From positions 24,552,001-24,616,000 of the forward strand of contig OZ024755.1 in NCBI GenBank assembly GCA_964016885.1: a stretch of DNA of 64,000 bases. Reading direction: 5' to 3'. The notes beneath the pieces were generated by a model. That model was not told the DNA's origin and did no database searches. It saw only the letters and a program-made list of their open reading frames with translations. The translations under genes were made by a program, and so were the position numbers. Shown here piece by piece: positions 1 through 13,548 of this stretch (position 1 is its first letter; each line of letters starts with the position of its first letter). Source of the stretch: Eledone cirrhosa (lineage: Eukaryota).

Positions 1-706
1 ATAAAATTTAAATCCTAAAACCAAACTTCGGAGCTCCTCTGTAACACGTGAAGTTTATTAGCAACTTTATTACCGAACGGCTAAAAATGCTTTCCACTTC
101 AACACACCATTATTATCAATATTTGTCTTGTTTTTCTTTTGGTTTTCTTTATAAATTTATGGCTGGTTTTGTAATGGTTTTTCTCCATTTCTACTCCTGC
201 CAAATATTATTCTCTCCGACCTAGATACCCGAAGAATCAGGCCTTGTTTTTCAATTATTGCCCTCCGTAAAACACGCAAATACACAACCAAACTATCTAT
301 GATGTTTTTTCCATAAATTCATAGAAAAAGCAATATTAGTACACATGGACAAAGAGAGAGATTTTTGACCTTTCAGAATATAAAAAATCTAAACATTTGT
401 GTTTCTATTCCTCACCCTGCCCCCATAACAACTAGAGTCTTATCCTCTCCCCTACAGTCGATCTACCCTACACTACGACACCACTAAGAAGCAGTACCAC
501 TACCCACCACACCCTCCCATAATACACTTCTATTTGCACCCACCATTCTTCCCACTGTTAAAATATTTATTCAGGTGAATAAATGAATGAATGAATGAAT
601 GCATTGCAAGGAGTCACACACACACACACACATATATATATATAAGCACACACATACATACTTGTAAACGAAACATAAAATCCATATGCATATATATTCA
701 AACGTG

Positions 707-820
<114 letters not shown>

Positions 821-823
821 TAT

Positions 824-920
<97 letters not shown>

Positions 921-961
921 CACGTTTGAATATATATTCACGTTTGAATATATATATATAC

Positions 962-1013
<52 letters not shown>

Positions 1014-1512
1014 TATATATATGTATGTATATATATATATATGTCTATAATGTCTGTGTGAGTGTGTTTCATATGTATATATATTTATGTGTATGTACAT
1101 ATATATATATATATATTTGCATGTATGTATATATATATATATGTATATATTTATATGTATGTATATATGCATGTGAATGTGTATACATATATAAATATAT
1201 ACATGTATATATATATATATATATTTATTTATTGCATTCTTTTATTCTCTTACTCGTTTTGGTCATTAGTTTGTGGCCATGCTGGGGCATCGCATCATAG
1301 GATTTTATTTCATTTCTTTAGTCCATCATATTGACTCCATTCCTTATTGTTTGGTGGTTATTTTACCAAACCACTTTCTGTTGACTTAATCGAAGACACA
1401 CACACCTATATATGATGGGCTCCCCTAGAGTTTCTGCCGAGAGTGAGAGAAAGGGGAGAGAAGGAAAGAAAGAGAGCAAGAGAGCAAGAGAGCAAGATAG
1501 AGAGTGGGAAAG

Positions 1513-1772
1513 TTAGATAGATAGATATGTTTCTTTTATTTGCCACCAGGGCATCAAAAGTGGGACAAGTACAATGGGGGGAGTTTACAAAACAAGGCGT
1601 CCTCAATAAGGAGGAGGCAATAACAATATATAAAAATAAAATAAAATATAACAAAAAATAAAATTTATAACAAAGTCCTCAATAGAGAGGAGGCGCCTTG
1701 GGGGGGTCGCACACACCCCCGAAAAAAAGTGTGCAACCCTTTTCCTCAGGAGCACAGAGAAGGGGTGCTCCA
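1513..1772 (-). mobile_element. 3' UTR fragment of Tx1/L1-like LINE family next to (GATA)n; locally duplicated copy
   Basis: Near-identical to 1990-2235; begins after GATAGATAGAT with the reverse complement of the AATAAA-containing family terminus. Confidence 0.6.
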
Positions 1773-1989
1773 TAGAGACAAAAATGTTACTAGTATGACC
1801 CTTATTCAGCTTAGTGTGTGTGTCTATATATATTCACATATATATACCTACACACTCATATATATATATATGTGTATGTGTGTATGTATATACATCATCA
1901 CGATCATTTAAACAGCCGTTTTCAGAGAGAGAGAGGGGGAGAGAGAGAGGGGGAGAGAGAGAGAAAGAGACGAGCATATATATATAGTA

Positions 1990-2312
1990 GATAACTTTCT
2001 TTTTATTTGCCTCCAGGGCATCAAAAAGTGGGACAAGTACAATGGGGGGAGTTTACATAAAAAGGCGTCCTCACTAAGGAGTAGGCAATAACAAAATATA
2101 AAAATAAAATAAAATATAACAAACTACATTTAATAACAAAATCCTCAATAGGAAGGAGGCGCCTTGGGGGTCGCACACACCCCCGAAAAAAGTGTGCAAC
2201 CCTTCTCCTCAGGAGCACAGAGAGGGGGTGCTCCCTTGATTTTTCATCTTCCTCACCTATAGTCTGATGTAGAGTGAAGGCCCATTCACACGGGCCATTC
2301 TCGCCACTTTCA
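1990..2312 (-). mobile_element. 5'-truncated Tx1/L1-like LINE 3' end abutting a (GATA)n array
   Basis: Minus strand reads [17 protein letters not shown]-stop followed by a 3' UTR, matching 35055-35370. Confidence 0.65.
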
Positions 2313-2313
2313 G

Positions 2314-2344
<31 letters not shown>

Positions 2345-2393
2345 GATAGATAGATAACTAGATAGATAGAGAGATAGAGAGATAGAGAGATGC

Positions 2394-2465
<72 letters not shown>

Positions 2466-2499
2466 CTAGATAGATAGATAGATAGAGAGATGCATTAGC

Positions 2500-2552
<53 letters not shown>
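2313..2552. repeat. (GATA)n microsatellite
   Basis: Direct reading. Confidence 0.95.
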
Positions 2553-2554
<2 letters not shown>

Positions 2555-3284
2555 AGACGTTATTAGTATGACCCTTATTCAGCTTAGTATGCTATGATTA
2601 TTTATAGCAAACGGCTGTTATTTCTCTACCTAAGCTTCTCACACTTCTATAGACCCATATTTTCTCAGCGTTAAACATCGATTATTCGATACATATTATG
2701 TTTATGTACACAAGCCATGAATCGGCTTTCAAATAGACGGAAATCAGTCCAAGAGCTTTTAATCTTTCCTTCCTCTTTTCTCTCCCTACTTTTGGTCTCA
2801 CGGCCGCTAGCTGCTGCCACTTCTTCTCCGAAACAAAATTAACCCTTTTTCCATGGAACATTGCCCCGAACTGAGATTTTATTATTATTTTTTATTACTC
2901 GCGTTATACCAGCAGATATACTTATGTTCTTCTGTGTGGGCTATCCTAAAATGCACAGTGCTTCCAATACTGCACGAAATCTTTCGGATAGCTGGAAGCT
3001 GATGAGATAACGACGTATTTTATCTTTTTATATCTGTCTCCTTTTCCTCTCTCTTTCCTAGTTTCTCCCTCTTTTCTCATACCTTTCACTGCCGTTTCTA
3101 GAAGGCTTTGAATTCGTTGGTTTCCATCCCCAGGATATTTTACCTGAATTTGTATGCTATGGTTATTTTTAGCAACCGGGTATGTTTGAGCTTCTCACAC
3201 TTCTATAAACCCATATTCCCTCGGCGCTTCACATCGATTATTCGAAACATTGTTTATGTGTGTGTGTATGTTTGTATATTTATA

Positions 3285-3432
3285 AACGACGGGCTCCTAC
3301 CGTGTTCATCTACCAAACTCCACTCCCGTAATTGGTCAACAGGAGGCTATAGTAGAAGAATATTGCCCGAAATGTCACACAGTATGACTGAATCCAGACC
3401 CATGTGGTAGCGAAACGAACTCTTCAACTATA
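3285..3432 (-). mobile_element. Decayed tRNA-derived CORE-type SINE
   Basis: Similar to 13548-13712 (+), 35605-35750, 57260-57420 and 61240-61340. Confidence 0.5.
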
Positions 3433-3579
3433 CTAACTCCACAAGAACAATCACATATTCGCACCTTTAGATTCCGTAGTAACTAAATATCAAATTAGTC
3501 TAAGGAACGGCGTTTTCGTTTATATATATATTTGTTTATTCGCCCATTTCGCATTGTCGTGGCTTTCAAACTTCGAATT

Positions 3580-3714
<135 letters not shown>

Positions 3715-3902
3715 TGTGCGCGCGTGTGTGTGTGTGCGTGTGTGTGTGTGTGTATTTCCGACGCAAATCCGTTTATCCACTATGTAACGTATTGAGTTCA
3801 CTCTGACAAGAAAATTCGTATTTACAACACACGATGTTTGTAAAATCATTGAGTGAATGGAAAACGGCGATCCTAGAAGATATCTAATTGTCTGGCTCGT
3901 TA

Positions 3903-3945
<43 letters not shown>

Positions 3946-3956
3946 GTGTGTGTATT

Positions 3957-4008
<52 letters not shown>

Positions 4009-4330
4009 CACAAGCAACATAAATATAATTACATAGACGCACATTTTAATTTCAAGAATGATTTAGTTAACAATATACAAACATCTGGAATATGTTTCAA
4101 AAATCTGGCCAGAAAAGAATTTATAAAGTACTGTAACATGTGTCCTTCAGCAGAATGTATTATTGACTTAAGTAATAACTGGCAGCTGTGAGCTTTATTT
4201 TCGATATCAAAAGTATTTCGTGTTCGTTAGAATTCAAGATATTCTCTCATTGTCTGTTCGTTAGACCAATATCTACAGAATCTATAGTTGGGGAAAAAGG
4301 TAGGGAACAGGCGAAAAAAAAAAAAAGAAA

Positions 4331-4410
<80 letters not shown>

Positions 4411-4623
4411 GTGTGTGTGTGTGTGTGTGCGTGTGTGTGTAGATATGCAAAAAAAAACAAAAAAACTTGTGAAACATAATAAAACAAACTAATTATATAT
4501 GCAAATGTGTCTGGATGGATACTTACACCCGCTCATGTCTAATGCATATATATATATATATTGATAATAATAATAATAATAATAATAATAATGCTTTCTT
4601 TCTTAACCACAAAAATAATAATG

Positions 4624-4805
4624 ATTTCTTTATTGGCCAGTACAGGACGGTACAAATAGGCATTTCTGCGTGTAACCCCCCCCCCCCCCCCCCAAAAAAA
4701 AAACAGAGGATGTAATAAAAGAACAATGAAAAATTCCCCAATAGAGGGGAGACTTCCGAGGGCCATCGTGGAGAAAGCCCATTAAAAAAAGCCACGGTGA
4801 CCCTA
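4624..4805 (-). mobile_element. Diverged Tx1/L1-like 3' end beside (TAA)n
   Basis: TTTCTTTATTGGCC and CCCCAATAG motifs shared with the 21100 and 41145 copies. Confidence 0.45.
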
Positions 4806-5028
4806 ATAATAATTATGATAATAACAATAATGAGTTTAACCGAAGTTGCAGCTGCACTATAGCAGATGTTCATCGCATTATAAAAGGCAGTCATGAAGCA
4901 CTCAATGAGTGAAGAATTGATACATTTCCACCCAGAGTGAAAACAAAAAGTTAAAGAATTGTGACACCAATAATAAGGCGAGCAAAGCATGTTGCTACAA
5001 TAATACAACATCTATATAAATAAACCGG

Positions 5029-5062
<34 letters not shown>

Positions 5063-5067
<5 letters not shown>

Positions 5068-5346
5068 TAAAAGGAAAAGAAAATGCTGACAAATTGTTCC
5101 CAGTGAAAAATAGTTTAATTAGAGATTAGAGCAAACATCACGGGTGCTCTATCTAAAATTATTTTTGAAAAGCATTAGAAATGCGCAACCGGTAAAAACT
5201 TAAAACCAAAACTGAATACTAACCAATACTTATTACTAATTTTTACTTATTCCTAATTAAACTAATTTTCACTGGGAACAATTTGTCACCATTTTCTTTT
5301 CCTTTTACCAATATATCATAACTCGTGTGTTACACCTCTATTCTTT

Positions 5347-5350
<4 letters not shown>
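5063..5350 (+). mobile_element. (TA)n-embedded fold-back element with decayed hammerhead
   Basis: ~58-bp inverted arms (5063-5121 / 5253-5312). Spacer holds TTGAAAA-GCATTagaAATGC-GCAA-CCGG-TA (5165-5194), a hammerhead with core mutations. (TA)n on both sides. Confidence 0.65.
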
Positions 5351-5425
<75 letters not shown>

Positions 5426-5426
5426 G

Positions 5427-5491
<65 letters not shown>

Positions 5492-5527
5492 TTATATATA
5501 TATATACTGTATATATATATATGTATG

Positions 5528-5625
<98 letters not shown>

Positions 5626-5690
5626 TTATATATATATATATGTATATATGTATGTATTTATATATATATATATGTATATATATATGTATT

Positions 5691-5766
<76 letters not shown>

Positions 5767-5774
5767 AGTATCTG

Positions 5775-6002
5775 ACCATGCCACAGTAACATGTAGGTGC
5801 CCCATTACGTGATTCTCTACGAGAGTCAACGTGACAGTGCATGATAAGGCACCATTTGAATTACATATACAACTTGTTCTTTCCAGGTGAGTGGATTGAA
5901 ACAATGTTAAAGAATATATCATGCTCAAGGACACAGCGTACCGCCGGGAATCAAACACGTGACCTTACGAATTGCGAGTCAAAAACCCTAACCACTAAGC
6001 GA
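5775..6002 (-). mobile_element. tRNA-derived SINE, family with TGTCCTTGAGCAAG core
   Basis: Minus strand has A-box-like TAGTGGTTAGG, B-box-like GTTTGATTCC and the TGTGTCCTTGAGCA core. Confidence 0.6.
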
Positions 6003-6542
6003 CCCTCTATCACTTCGAAGCTGGTACAACACATAGAATAAGGGAAGAGAGAGTCGGAGTAAATGAATGAGAAATCTATTCGATATGTAGAGAGCGAGCG
6101 AGTGGGTAGTAGTCAGAACATCAGAGGTAAATTACAGGTAATTTGGTGAGAGGTGTGAGTTACTAGGTGTGAGATATCTGAAGATGTAGGCACAGTGAAA
6201 GAATTTCACTCAATCTGGTTGTATTTAAACAATGTTTTCAACGAGCACAGCACATTGCAATTCATTAATGTTTGCTCGTGTTTGTGAGGCCTGCATCTGT
6301 TTGTAAATAGAGGCTTACATGTATGTTTGTTTACGTACGTACATATGTGTGAACATGTATGTGTATGTATGTCTGTGCATGTGTTTTTTTTACAGGTTTA
6401 TATGTATACGAGAATGGAATTTTATACATACTTATGTTGGCCTATATGTGTATAAATATATATATATATTTATATAAACATACACGAATATGTATACAAA
6501 TAGATGTCTTTGTCTCACGCTGTGTGTGTGTATATGTGTGTA

Positions 6543-6647
<105 letters not shown>

Positions 6648-7262
6648 TGTAATTATTACATTAAAGGACTGTTTTGTGCACGGGAGTAAATAAAACTATT
6701 AAACATTAAATAAACTAGCAGAAAACCACCCTTTGGTGGCATGTGTAGTGTGTATATTGATATTATACGCAAGTATATATGCATGTAGATATGATCAAAT
6801 AAAATCATAATTGACAATATACACAGAAATTGAATGAAGACTGTGTTACACTGTCTTATGTAATCAGGAACGTAATCCCTGATACATTAAAAAAAAGACG
6901 ATATTATATATAAACTGCATTAGGAGAAAATTAGTGACAGAAATATATGAATATTTATTTAAACGATCACTAACCGGAAGTGTTGACATTTGAAAATTTT
7001 AAAGAAGTGAATCTTTAAATAAGTAATAAAATATATTAATGAACAGCTACGAAATTTATTAGATAAATTATGTAATATTCACTCATTATGTATTCAAAGT
7101 AATCCAACTTATTTTACTAAGGGGATAAAAAATTATAAACCGTACGCAGTCCCGCGCTTCTTACTTTATTAAAGTTTAGATTAATACTCAAAACCTAGAC
7201 GTTTCAGCGATGGTGTCTCGTTCAAAGTACCTGAAAGTGTCACCACCGCTGAAGATTCGAGG

Positions 7263-7395
<133 letters not shown>

Positions 7396-7533
7396 GATAA
7401 TTGCGAAGGCCATATCTAGATATTCATAATTCCTTTATAACCAGCCGTAATACATATTTCGGTGGTCTTCATGATTACGCGATGCTGTGATCACGCAACC
7501 AGAAACACTATTTCATCAAACAGTATCTTAAGT

Positions 7534-7653
7534 AATAATTATTTCTAATTTTGGCACAAGGCCAGCAATTATCACAGTACATTACTGGTACTTTATTTTA
7601 TCGACCCCGTAAGGATGAAAGGCAAAGTTAACCTCGGCGGGATTTGAACTCAG
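7534..7653 (-). mobile_element. Young tRNA-derived SINE (main family), 5'-truncated
   Basis: Reverse complement of GTTCAAATCCCGCCGAGGTTAACTTTGCCTTTCATCCTTACGGGGTCGATAAAATAAAGTACCAG. Confidence 0.85.
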
Positions 7654-7775
7654 AGGTAATAATGTTGGTATGTAATATTGCTAATGCAATGCAAGTTATG
7701 GACAATGGGATGTTTCCCGTGTCAAAGTCCATCCCCTATATATATGTTGTATGTCCGAGTACATATATATATATT

Positions 7776-7992
7776 GTCAGTCGATCGACTTTCACCAAAT
7801 CGGACCGAGAAAACAATGTTTCCATGGGTCTTTCTAATTGCTAATACTATCTATCGGTTGCAACTCCAGGTAGGAGGAGCACCGTGAAATAAAGAGTCTT
7901 GCTTGCTCAAGGACATAATGCATCACCCGGTTCGGGAATCGAAATCACAACCTCACGATTGCGAATCGTATTCTCTTACCACTCAGCCACGC
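7776..7992 (-). mobile_element. tRNA-derived SINE whose 3' end abuts (TA)n
   Basis: Matches 19303-19484, 31822-31990 (+) and 56900-57112. Confidence 0.75.
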
Positions 7993-8213
7993 AGATATAT
8001 ATATAACTGGTCTCAGTTTGACAATCGCCACCGACGAATGCGAGAAAGTTCTCCAACAAAGTTAACCAGGAATCTTTAAAATTCTTCCCTCCGAAGTTAA
8101 CAAAGAACTTACTAGATCTACCAACTCATAATATTATAATATTATAAAATGAAATAACATTATTTAGCACTACAAGTGAAGTCATTCTTTTCCTTTTTTT
8201 TCAAATATATATA

Positions 8214-8377
8214 TATTTAAGGTGGAAGGTAATATCCGTAGTGGTAGAGCACTCAGTCCATTGGACGAGTTAGGTAGAAGTGGTTACATAACAGTTAGGG
8301 TTAGGGTTAGGGAGCTGATGATCCGCTAAGGTGAAACAATTGTTCTCCGTATGGTGAACCAACTGTTGTGTAACCAC

Positions 8378-8382
<5 letters not shown>
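8214..8382 (-). mobile_element. (TA)n-embedded fold-back hammerhead element with (TTAGGG)3 at the junction
   Basis: 22-bp inverted arms 8275-8296 / 8361-8382; hammerhead 8311-8348; ACTC/GAGT hairpin 8251-8270; TA tracts on both sides. Confidence 0.75.
8311..8348 (+). ncRNA. Type I hammerhead ribozyme (complete core)
   Basis: GGAG-CTGATGA-TCCgctaaGGT-GAA-ACAATTGT-T-CTCC: stem I GGAG/CTCC, palindromic stem III, GUU cleavage triplet. Confidence 0.85.
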
Positions 8383-8420
<38 letters not shown>

Positions 8421-8426
<6 letters not shown>

Positions 8427-8755
8427 AACAAAAGATGGTTAAAAGAGTTCCATGTATTTTATTATGCGCATTTCAAAAACAAATATCATCATGCAATAAT
8501 ATTTGTGTTTTCATCAGATAAAACAGGAAGACATGATATGAAGATTAAAAAACACTTGTGGATAGTGCAGTTTTAAATCAACAATATTATTGCATGATGA
8601 TATTTGTTTTTGAAATACGCATAATAAAATACATGGAACTCTTTTAACCATCTTTTGTTCTTATATATTATATATACTCCAGTCCTACAAACTGTAGAGT
8701 GCTTCTTATCCGATATCTGCATTGCTTTATTGTACTACAATAAAACTCACCTCCT

Positions 8756-8760
<5 letters not shown>
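8421..8760 (+). mobile_element. (TA)n-embedded fold-back hammerhead element, family A
   Basis: ~80-bp inverted arms (8421-8502 / 8583-8664); hammerhead core on minus strand (CTGATGA at 8511-8517); same family as 62666-63090. Confidence 0.85.
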
Positions 8761-8797
<37 letters not shown>

Positions 8798-9049
8798 GTA
8801 TATATTTATATATGCATATAAGCTAATAATGTGCCTGTGTGTACAATAATTATAATTACTACCACCATCATCAATCATCAACAACCACAGCCAACTTTCC
8901 CAATACATCGTTGCCAATCAAAACCACCGACATCATCATCCATGCCTTCTCATTAAAAACATCAGCCGACATTAAACTGATCAACTTAACACAAACCTTA
9001 ATTGAATTTTCAACTAAACTAAACGTCTAACCTAGCAATTTCTTTCTTT

Positions 9050-9800
9050 TATTATCTACTCCATATTTCATACTCTATATTCTATACTCTATATTTTATA
9101 GTTTGTATATTTAATACTCCATAGTTTGTATATTTAATGCTCCATAATTTTATACTTTGTGTTTTATACTCTATATTTCATACTTTTTTTTTTATTTATA
9201 TGCATATTTATATGCATATTTTTTTAAATATTTATACTCTATATTTCATACTTTTATATTTTATACTCTATATTTATACTTTAGATTTTATACTTTATCT
9301 ACTCTATATTTTATACTCTGTATTTTTTGCTCTATATTTTACATTTCTTTAGATTTTATATTGTATATTTTATACTATGTATTTTATAGTTTGTACTCTA
9401 TAATTATACTTTAGATTTTATACTTTGTCTACTCTATATTTTACACAATATTTTTACTTTCAATTTTGTATTCTAGATTTTGTGCTCTATCTTTTACTCA
9501 ATATTTTATATTACATATTTTATACTCTATATTCTGTACTTTATATTTTTTTTCCTCAATAACTTCATATTATATATCTTTTATTTCATACTCTATATTT
9601 TATACCTCATATTTTATACTTCATATTTTATTCTTTATATTTTATGGTGTATACGTTATACTCTTTATTTATACTCTATATTTTATACTCTATATTTTAT
9701 CTAGTATCTTTTATTCTCTATATTTTATTCTATATAATTTATATTCCATTTTCAATATTCAATATTTTTAAAGTTATATTTTATATTATATATTATATCC
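9050..9800. repeat. Degenerate AT-rich minisatellite (TATTTTATACTCTA-like)
   Basis: Direct reading. Confidence 0.8.
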
Positions 9801-9837
9801 AAGGTGTTCATCCAAAGAATCCGTCTGCCCAAAGTAA

Positions 9838-9838
<1 letters not shown>

Positions 9839-9907
<69 letters not shown>

Positions 9908-9973
9908 TTGCTGCTGTTGCTGCTGCTGTTGCTGCTGCTACTACTACTGCTGGTGGTGGTGGTGGTGGTGCTG

Positions 9974-10041
<68 letters not shown>

Positions 10042-10045
10042 GTTA
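9839..10045. repeat. Compound (CTG)n/(CTA)n/(GGT)n microsatellite
   Basis: Direct reading. Confidence 0.95.
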
Positions 10046-10460
10046 ATGGTGTTACTGTTGTAATGGTATTCATCAACCTTTTAGTTTGATTTTTTCTTTT
10101 ATATTTCAAATTTTTAAACTCACTTTCTCAACCCTCTCTCATTTATTCACAGCCCTCTCTCTTTCTCTCCTTCACTTATTTACTCTTTCTCTTTCTCTTT
10201 CTCTCCCTAAATTATTCACTCTTTCTCTCTCTCTCTCTCTCTCACTCATTCGCTCCTTCTCTCTCTCTTTCTCTTCCTCACTTATTCACTCTTTCTCTCC
10301 CTCTGCCTCTCTTTCTCTCCGTCAGTCATTCACTCTTTCTCTCTCTCTTTCGCTGCCTTTTCCCACCGTCCCCACCCCACCGTGTTTACATCTAGTATGT
10401 CGCTGTGGAATGCTGTGCCTTCTTCAATGGCTGATATCAAAGGTAACAAAACTACAAATA

Positions 10461-10556
<96 letters not shown>

Positions 10557-10566
10557 CGCACACACA

Positions 10567-10681
<115 letters not shown>

Positions 10682-10689
10682 GGACACAC

Positions 10690-12060
10690 AGTGGTGTTAT
10701 CAAGCAGTCTGTCAAGTATGAACTTACATAAGACTTTTCCCCCAAACTGACAGGAGTGCTATCCGACGATAATTACCACAATCAACCATAAAAACCTCTC
10801 AGAACTGATACGAAATTGTCAGGACAACCGAGCTTAGTCAGAATCTTTGATAAGGTAGTCCTATTCACTGTATTAGAAGCCTTTGTCAGGTCAACAATGA
10901 CGTCATACAAATCCATTCCCTGCTCGATAAATTTCTCCGGTAGCTACCTCACATAGAAAAAATCACGTCTGTCGTCCCCCTATCACTTATAAAGCAACAC
11001 TACGACTCAGAAAGAACAGTGCCTTAGATGTCATCAGGCACTCTGTCCACAAGACAGAGACGATCGTGTCTGCCGTGCCTCTATCACTTCTAAAACCATA
11101 TTGCGACTCAGGAACAACAGTGCCTTAGATGTCATCAGGCAGTCTGTCCACAAGACAGAGACGATCGTGTCTGCCGTGCCTCTATCACTTCTAAAACCAT
11201 ATTGCGACTCAGGAACAACAGTGCCTTAGCTGTTATCAAGCAGTCTGTCCACAAGACAGAGACGATCGTGTCTGCCGTGCCTCTATCACTTCTAAAGCCA
11301 TATTGCGACTCAGGAACAACAGTGCCTTAGATGTTATCAAGCAGTCTGTCCACAAGACAGAGACGATCGTGTCTGCCGTCCCTCTATCACTTCTAAAACC
11401 ATATTGTGACTCATGAAGAACAGCCCCAGAGATGATATCAAGCAGTCTGTCCACAAGACAGAGAAGATCATGCCTGTTGTGCCTCTATCATTTCTAAAGC
11501 CATACTGCGACTCATGAAGAACAGTCCCAGAGATGTTATCAAGCAGTCTGTCCACAAGACAGAGAAGATCATGCCTGTTGTGCCTCTATCATTTCTAAAG
11601 CCATACTGCGACTCATGAAGAACAGTCCCAGAGATGTTATCAAGCAGTCTGTCCAGCATGATCTTACACCGACTTTTCCCATATCTGACAGGAGTGCTAT
11701 CTTACGATAATTACCACAATCATCCTTTGCAAGGTTTCCTTTATAAAACACCCCAATCAATGCATCATTTCAGTTTTAGGAGACGTTTTCTTTCCCTCCC
11801 AAACCTTGTATATCAAGTTTGTACGATATCGAAGAATGTTCCGACTTCCACACATCACCATCAATGCATATTTCCAATCATGGGGAACGCTGTCTTCCAC
11901 CCACATTTTGCGTATCAAGTTTGTAAGAAGTCGAAGGATGTTTCGACTTCCACATTTGAGTACCTCAACACAAATACCATCCCTCCCTGGCAATTTTCCA
12001 TTATTCTTGTTTTACAGCCACTTCCACCTCCTCCAAGTTTGGATTTTCTGCTAGTAAATC
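10690..12060 (-). mobile_element. Decayed RTE-clade LINE reverse transcriptase fragment with internal tandem amplification
   Basis: Minus-strand peptides PGRDGICVEVLKCG, VPHDWKYA, KDDCGNYRKIALLS, LHESQYGFRNDRGTTGMIF and VDLTKASNTVNR are typical RTE RT N-terminal motifs; frameshifts present. Confidence 0.85.
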
Positions 12061-12090
12061 AATTGTACTAGTATATACCATACTAAATTC

Positions 12091-12274
12091 CAATGGTACC
12101 CAAAGTATGTTCCGCGGAACCAAAAGGTTCCACAAAGGAGTATCTGGGGTTCCATGAAAAAAGGTAGAGGATTATATTTATATTACGACCATATAACAGC
12201 ATTAAACTTTGTGGTTCTCCCAAAAGTTTCTGAACCAAAATGGTTCCGCATTTGAAAATGTGTGAGAAACCCTG
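12091..12274. mobile_element. hAT (Charlie-like) MITE
   Basis: Imperfect TIRs CAATGGTACCCAAA / TGTGAGAAACCCTG; repeated GGTTCC subterminal motifs; 6/8-matching 8-bp flanks CTAAATTC / CTATATAC. Confidence 0.55.
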
Positions 12275-12474
12275 CTATATACTATACTATATACTGCATT
12301 TGATAATATGTGTTATGTTATATACAACATGGTAAAAGCAAACGAGAATAACATCAATTTAACCTTTTAGTCATTATTCACATTTCTTAAGAATCGGTAC
12401 AATCGCCTTCGGTAAACACAATCAACCTGGTGTTGATGAAATAACTTTATGTACTTACATTATTACACACACAC

Positions 12475-12861
12475 GGTGGATTGGCAGTATTGGTAGAGGG
12501 TCGGACGCCATGCTTTGGCGTATAGAGTTACGGCCCTTGCCATTCTGAGTTCAAATCCCGCCAAGGTTAACTTTGCCTTTCATCCTTATGGGGTCGATAA
12601 AATAAAGTACCAGTAATGCACTGGTTAATTGCTGGCCTTGTGCCTAACGTAGAAACAATTATTACACACACACGGTGGATTGGCAGTATCGGTAGAGGGT
12701 CGGACGCCATGCTTTCCAGCATAGTTACGTCCCTTTACGATCTAAGTTCAAATCCCGCCGAGGTTGACTTTGCCTTTCATCCTTACGGGGTCGATAAAAT
12801 AAAGTAGCAGTAATGCACTGGGTAATTGTTGGCCTTGTGCCTAAAAGTAGAAACAATTATT
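12475..12861 (+). mobile_element. Head-to-tail pair of full-length main-family SINEs (12475-12663, 12674-12861)
   Basis: A box TGGCAGTATCGGTAG, B box GAGTTCAAATCC, central GCCTTTCATCCTTACGGGGTCGATAAA (resembles the Meta/MESC SINE domain, from memory), (ATT)n tail. Confidence 0.9.
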
Positions 12862-12965
12862 ACACACACACAAGCACACACACACGCAAATATATATATA
12901 TATATATATAATTCGATTGACATCTGCTATAGTGCAGTTGCAACTTCGGTTATACTCATTATTAT

Positions 12966-13004
<39 letters not shown>

Positions 13005-13216
13005 CGTTTTTCTCATTATATATATAGCAGATAGCCGGGGCCCGACAGCTGAGCTCTTGCCGTTTCGACAGCAAATTCCAGACTTACTAGTTTATATCTG
13101 GTGTAATCACGATCTCTCTCTCTCTCTCTTTCTCTCTGTATACACACAAACACATATATATATATACACACATATATTTATTTGTGTGACTGTGCGTGTG
13201 CGTGCATGTGTTTCTG

Positions 13217-13247
<31 letters not shown>

Positions 13248-13251
<4 letters not shown>

Positions 13252-13452
13252 CTTTTCCTGGGTCCTGTATTTTCGTTGCTTTAGTGATGCAGCTGGACTG
13301 CCGACAGCTATATCTGATTTGCTAAGCTGTCTGAACGTAATGTTATTACTCTGGGGTCTTTCCTCATCTGAGTGCTCAAGCTACAGACCTATTATGCATA
13401 TACGCTAGCTTGGCCGTATTCTAAAGCTTCGTCAATGCTGTACTAAAATTTA
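13248..13452 (+). mobile_element. (TA)n-embedded element with ACTC/GAGT hairpin; hammerhead decayed
   Basis: ACTC-TGGGG-tcttt-CCTCA-TCT-GAGT-GC at 13348-13375; TA tracts on both sides. Confidence 0.5.
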
Positions 13453-13472
13453 TATATATATATATATATATG

Positions 13473-13547
<75 letters not shown>

Positions 13548-13548
<1 letters not shown>

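Noticed and set aside
2972-3025. Possible type II hammerhead (GAAA..TA..CTGATGA)
   Set aside because: Stem II halves do not pair and stem I overlaps the core.
5063-5312. Interpreting the fold-back elements as TIR MITEs with TA target duplications
   Set aside because: Inverted repeats are not terminal on both sides (a unique tail follows), junctions vary between copies, and hammerheads are present. True Tc1-type MITEs here (53563, 63250) look different.
12475-12565. tRNA gene suggested by A and B boxes
   Set aside because: No complete cloverleaf; it is the head of a multi-copy SINE.
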